Shown here: in pieces, positions 63,462 through 64,000 of the stretch
How the letters are laid out: every line of letters starts with the position of its first letter
How positions within the stretch are numbered: the stretch's first letter is position 1
Assembly (NCBI GenBank): GCA_037917685.1
Contig: JAVCBU010000006.1
Span: 207,089-271,088, forward strand
DNA from: Thermoproteota archaeon
GTDB lineage: Archaea; Korarchaeota; Korarchaeia; Korarchaeales; JAOZGB01
Direction of reading: 5' to 3'
DNA length: 64,000 nucleotides
Translations under genes and position numbers: made by a program
The notes under the pieces: model-generated
The model's input: the letters and a program-made list of their open reading frames with translations, nothing else
Database searches by the model: none
Told to the model about the DNA's origin: nothing

Positions 63462-64000
63462 ATGGATGCAGTCAAATACTATATAATAAGCTTTGGTTGT
63501 GCAATGAACAAGGCTGACGGAATGATAATGGAAGGTATACTTCTAAAATCCGGGTTTGCAAAAGTCAAATCTCCAGAGGAAGCCGATGTTATAATTCTTA
63601 ATACATGTAATGTTAAAGGCCCGACAGAAAGCAGAATGGTTCACTACGCTAGAAAACTTTCATCTACTGGGAAACCCTTAGTAGTAACCGGGTGCATGGC
63701 TGTCACCCAGAAGAATCTCCTTAAAAGGTACTCAAAGGTATTCCTAGGACCTAGGGCAATAGATAAGATTGTAAATGCTTGTAGTTACGCGTTGAGAGGA
63801 ATCGAATTTTCATGTTATCACGGAGAACCCATCAAAACGTGCCTTCCAACACCACAGTACACTGGCATCACAGCCATTGTTCCCGTTGAGGAAGGATGCT
63901 TAGGCTCCTGTACATATTGCATCACAAGATTTGCAAGGGGGAAACTGAAAAGCTACCCATTGAACAGTATAATAGAGAGAATAAAGCTCTATATCCGAAA
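63462..64000 (+). CDS. MiaB-like tRNA methylthiotransferase (radical SAM), 3' end cut by window edge
   Basis: Own translation, open to the window end: MDAVKYYIISFGCAMNKADGMIMEG...NTCNVKGPTE...GCLGSCTYCITRFARG (UPF0004 domain plus CxxxCxxC). An in-frame ATG at 63432 is an alternative start. Confidence 0.8.
   Translation, partial: MDAVKYYIISFGCAMNKADGMIMEGILLKSGFAKVKSPEEADVIILNTCNVKGPTESRMVHYARKLSSTGKPLVVTGCMAVTQKNLLKRYSKVFLGPRAIDKIVNACSYALRGIEFSCYHGEPIKTCLPTPQYTGITAIVPVEEGCLGSCTYCITRFARGKLKSYPLNSIIERIKLYIR

Noticed and set aside
1-64000. CRISPR arrays, cas genes, transposases, integrases, toxin-antitoxin pairs or other defence or mobile islands.
   Set aside because: By eye I saw no spaced direct repeats, no integrase or transposase-like ORFs, and no large intergenic or compositionally deviant blocks. 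The window is densely packed with housekeeping genes.

Overview
This is an archaeal chromosome segment with about 40-43% GC in coding DNA and much more GC-rich structural RNAs, a thermophile signature. Three features point to Thermoproteota/Crenarchaeota, most plausibly a Thermoproteales/Thermofilales-like lineage; this assignment is inferred, not proven. They are a crenactin gene, a spliced cbf5 mRNA, and tRNA genes with multiple non-canonical introns. The content is almost entirely core housekeeping:
- **Mevalonate genes:** a thiolase/HMG-CoA synthase/DUF35 operon at 1-2448, a class II type HMG-CoA reductase at 31980-33245, and a UbiD-family decarboxylase at 42333-43715.
- **Ribosomal and transcription cluster (8772-28738):** uL22 to uL15, SecY, DUF106, eL14, Cbf5, uS13-uS4-uS11, RpoD, eL18-uL13-uS9, aIF5A, SRP54, Pus10, and eL21-RpoF-DUF655.
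- **RNA genes:** SRP (7S) RNA on the minus strand, hidden under two spurious GC-rich ORFs, and five tRNA genes carrying eight introns in total.
- **Other housekeeping genes:** NAC, MBF1, TFE, RtcA, a four-OB RPA, agmatinase, HflX, AsnRS, porDAB, WecB, HPS, an Lhr helicase, thermosome, RpoK, Alba, eS26, AMP phosphorylase and a MiaB-like enzyme.

I found no CRISPR array, transposase, integrase or recognisable defence island, and no convincing new multi-gene system.

The most unusual signal is the splicing-endonuclease (bulge-helix-bulge, BHB) intron set:
- A 20-nt intron splits cbf5, and splicing rebuilds the catalytic Asp codon.
- Five of the eight tRNA introns sit at non-canonical positions.
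- The two tRNA-Pro introns are near copies of each other.
- The tRNA-Ser D-loop intron resembles the cbf5 mRNA intron, including flanking exon bases.

Secondary leads are an uncharacterised coiled-coil ORF wedged between rps11 and rpoD, a WecB/TrkA-C-like fusion, and an MBF1 whose zinc ribbon lies upstream of its first ATG.

All protein calls rest on motif recognition by eye from the supplied translations. No database search was run.
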